Below are positions 29,672 to 32,000 of a stretch of 32,000 nt of DNA, piece by piece. Below the pieces are notes generated by a model. The model did no database searches, had not been told where the DNA came from, and saw only the letters and a list, made by a program, of their open reading frames with translations. A program made the translations under genes and the position numbers. How positions within the stretch are numbered: position 1 is the stretch's first letter; the number at the start of each line of letters is the position of its first letter. The stretch is from Candidatus Fokinia solitaria (lineage in GTDB: Bacteria > Pseudomonadota > Alphaproteobacteria > Rickettsiales > Midichloriaceae): assembly GCF_003072485.1 (NCBI RefSeq), contig NZ_CP025989.1, forward strand, positions 1 through 32,000, given 5' to 3'.

Positions 29672-31123
29672 TTACGATAATAATTGCTCTAACGATAACG
29701 CAACTTCTACCATTTTCTTTTCATTCATATGGTTTGCAATAATTTGTAGTCCTACTGGCAATCCCGATTCTTTACAAGGGTAAGTTGGAAGACTCATGCA
29801 TGGTAGTCCCGCTAAACTTGGAGGGATAGTCAGAACATCATTCATATACATTTCGAATGGTGAAAGTTCGACATTTATAGGAAATGCTACATTAGTAGTA
29901 GTAGGAGATACTATAACATCGACTGTTTGAAAGATGCTATTAAATTGATCAAACAGCATTCTTCTTATTTTTTGTGCTTTTAAGTAATATGCATCGTATT
30001 CTTTACTAGATAATACAAATACACCCATTAGCAATCGTCTTTTTACTTCTTCTCCGAGATACTTGCCTCTATGCATACTAATACTCTCATGAAAGTCTCC
30101 GGTATTTTGGAGAGGAGTGCCATACCTTACCCCATCATATCTAGCTAAATTTGATGAAGCTTCAGCAGGTGCTATGATATAGTACACAGGTAGTGCATAT
30201 TCCATTAATGGTAGAGATATTTCTATTAGTTTTGCGCCACTTGATTCAAGTTTATTCATTGTTTTTTGATAGCTAGAGGAAACGCCTTCACTCATCTTAA
30301 ATCCTATTTTTTCAAGATTGAAGAAGCCGATCTTGACTCCTTTCATATCAATAGCTTGTAAAGTGCTAAGATTATTTTTTTCACTTTGAATAGAAGTATG
30401 ATCACGAGCATCGTACCCCATTATTGTATCCAGCATTAACGCTGCGCACTTTGTAGAAGTACCAAAAACTGCTGGCTGATCTAGAGAGCTAGCAAATGAT
30501 ATCATACCGTATCTTGAACATGTGCCATATGTAGGCTTTATACCTACAATGCCGCACAATGATGCAGGCTGTCTTACAGAGCCTCCTGTATCGCTTCCAA
30601 GCGAAATAGGTACAATGCCACTGCTTACAGCGACAGCAGAACCTCCAGAAGATCCTCCAGCTGTAAGTTTTTGAGATAATTTTCTTTTATCTTGTAATAG
30701 ATTAATGGTAGCACCGTATATTGAATAAGTCGTAGATGAGCCCATTGCAAATTCATCCATATTAGTTTTTCCTAGTGGAATGCAGCCCGCATCTAAAAGC
30801 TTTTGTGTTACAGCGGATTCATAAGGTGGTATAAAGTCCTTTAAAATTGCCGAACAGGCAGTTGTTTTGATATTTTTTGTACAATACAGATCCTTTATTG
30901 CTATAGGAATGCCATCAAGCGGTTTACTTCTTCCTTCTCTTATCCGCTTCTCAGCTTCTTCAGCTAACGAAAGCGCAATGGCAGAGGTGATTTCGCAAAA
31001 AAAATTGTATTCACGATTCAGAAGCTTCAGATGTTGAAGACGTTCTGTAATAAGTGCTACAGGAGATACATCTCCGCTTTTTAGCTTCGACAGAAGCGCG
31101 CTAACGGATAAACATTTTGTCAC
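29672..31123 (-). CDS. gatA: Aspartyl/glutamyl-tRNA amidotransferase subunit A
   Basis: LDGIPIAIKDLYCT, GKTNMDEFAMGSST, LTAGGSSGGSAVAVSSGIVPISLGSDTGGSVRQPASLCGIVGIKPTYGTCSRYGMISFASSLDQ. Confidence 0.98.
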   Translation of the reverse strand: MTKCLSVSALLSKLKSGDVSPVALITERLQHLKLLNREYNFFCEITSAIALSLAEEAEKRIREGRSKPLDGIPIAIKDLYCTKNIKTTACSAILKDFIPPYESAVTQKLLDAGCIPLGKTNMDEFAMGSSTTYSIYGATINLLQDKRKLSQKLTAGGSSGGSAVAVSSGIVPISLGSDTGGSVRQPASLCGIVGIKPTYGTCSRYGMISFASSLDQPAVFGTSTKCAALMLDTIMGYDARDHTSIQSEKNNLSTLQAIDMKGVKIGFFNLEKIGFKMSEGVSSSYQKTMNKLESSGAKLIEISLPLMEYALPVYYIIAPAEASSNLARYDGVRYGTPLQNTGDFHESISMHRGKYLGEEVKRRLLMGVFVLSSKEYDAYYLKAQKIRRMLFDQFNSIFQTVDVIVSPTTTNVAFPINVELSPFEMYMNDVLTIPPSLAGLPCMSLPTYPCKESGLPVGLQIIANHMNEKKMVEVALSLEQLLS

Positions 31124-31151
31124 AATTATATCTCAATCTACAGAGTACGAA

Positions 31152-31361
31152 TTATTTAAATAGTATGAGTAAAGCCAATAGCAATGCAAATAATCCTAAT
31201 GCTTCAACCATTGCGCCACCTATAAAAGCAGCTTTTAACATATCACCGTAAGCTGAAGGATTACGCGCTGTACCGTTAATCAGAGCGGCAAAGATCAAGC
31301 CTAATCCGATAGCAGCACCAAGTAACCCAAAACAAGCTAATCCGATACCAACAGGTTCCAT
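31152..31361 (-). CDS. atpE: F0F1 ATP synthase subunit c
   Basis: GLACFGLLGAAIGLGLIFAALINGTARNPSAYGDMLKAAFIGGAMVEALGLFALLLALLILF with conserved Glu in the second TM helix. Confidence 0.95.
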   Translation of the reverse strand: MEPVGIGLACFGLLGAAIGLGLIFAALINGTARNPSAYGDMLKAAFIGGAMVEALGLFALLLALLILFK

Positions 31362-31408
31362 ATAAACTCTCGTAAACGTGTAAAAATCTCAACATCAGTG
31401 TAATCAAT

Positions 31409-31864
31409 CTAAATATCTTCTTCAATTCGTTTTTTTATAAAAATATAGAAAGCGCCGTTTCCTCCGTCTTTCTGTGTAGCTACGGTATACTGTTTTACAT
31501 ATTGTTTTATCTCATGAAAAGTAATCCAGTAGTAAAACAACTCTCTAAGTATGCCACGTTTACAAGATTCTGCATCATTAATAGACTTTCCCTTACCACC
31601 TGTAATGAGTAATAAAAACCTTTCTCCGCTAAGATACATACTCTTTACAAGTGAAAGAAAAGCTTCATATGCTTCGTCTCTCTTCATACCGTGCAGATCG
31701 AGCACTTTATCAAAGATGATATTTTCCCTGAATACTTCTTGTGACTTCCTACCATTCGAACATTGTACTTTCGAAATTTCATCTCGCTTCTTCTCTTTTT
31801 TCACTGAGATAATTCCTGCGCAGAACTCTCTCCACACACGTTCGCACTCATCGTGTATTTTCAT
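31409..31864 (-). CDS. Smr (MutS-related small) domain protein
   Basis: DKVLDLHGMKRDEAYEAFLSLV (LDLHG motif), LLLITGGKGKS (TGxG), C-terminal GAFYIFIKK. Confidence 0.85.
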   Translation of the reverse strand: MKIHDECERVWREFCAGIISVKKEKKRDEISKVQCSNGRKSQEVFRENIIFDKVLDLHGMKRDEAYEAFLSLVKSMYLSGERFLLLITGGKGKSINDAESCKRGILRELFYYWITFHEIKQYVKQYTVATQKDGGNGAFYIFIKKRIEEDI

Positions 31865-31896
31865 GATATAATCAACGGTGCTTACATTTCACTATG

Positions 31897-32000
31897 TTAT
31901 GAGCATTTTTCCTCTGCGATAAAAAAAGCTTTTAACTTTACTAATGCTTCTTTTTCTATCTGTCTTACTCTCTCTGCGGAAATATTATGCTTCGTAGCGA
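31897..32000 (-). CDS. rpoH: RNA polymerase sigma factor RpoH (sigma-32), C-terminal end only, truncated by window edge
   Basis: Reverse strand translates ATKHNISAERVRQIEKEALVKLKAFFIAEEKCS*, a sigma region 4.2 helix-turn-helix most like RpoH ([20 protein letters not shown]). Confidence 0.7.
   Translation of the reverse strand, partial: ATKHNISAERVRQIEKEALVKLKAFFIAEEKCS

Overview
The window reads as an ordinary, gene-dense, AT-rich chromosomal segment of an intracellular alphaproteobacterium. Rickettsiales affinity is supported by a Tlc-type ATP/ADP translocase, a 16S rRNA gene with no adjacent 23S/5S genes, and GTA-like phage genes. Base 1 is the ATG of dnaA, so the window probably starts at the conventional origin of a genome record. 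Recognisable genes: dnaA, bamE-like, four GTA-like capsid/head-tail genes, xth, rho, rnhA, a DsbA/Com1-like protein, ubiB-like, terC-like, cydA, carD-like, radC-like, a predicted beta-barrel, rplU, rpmA, dCMP deaminase, rsfS, lepA, trhO, rplR, fabG, tlc, two MFS paralogues flanking an rluC-like gene, ftsI-like, 16S rRNA, gatA, atpE, an Smr-domain gene, and the 3' end of rpoH. tRNA-Val(GAC) and tRNA-Ser(TGA) are present. I found no convincing new multi-gene system. The items most worth follow-up are: (1) the 16S rRNA 3' tail reads GGATTACTTTAC instead of GGATYACCTCC, so the anti-Shine-Dalgarno core appears lost, and most start codons lack an SD; (2) a perfect parS palindrome TGTTTCACGTGAAACA at the 5' end of rho; (3) DnaA with changed DNA-contact residues; (4) catalytic-motif erosion in a DsbA-like protein with no cysteine and in a RadC-like protein without the HxH metal motif; (5) an intact four-gene GTA-like head module.
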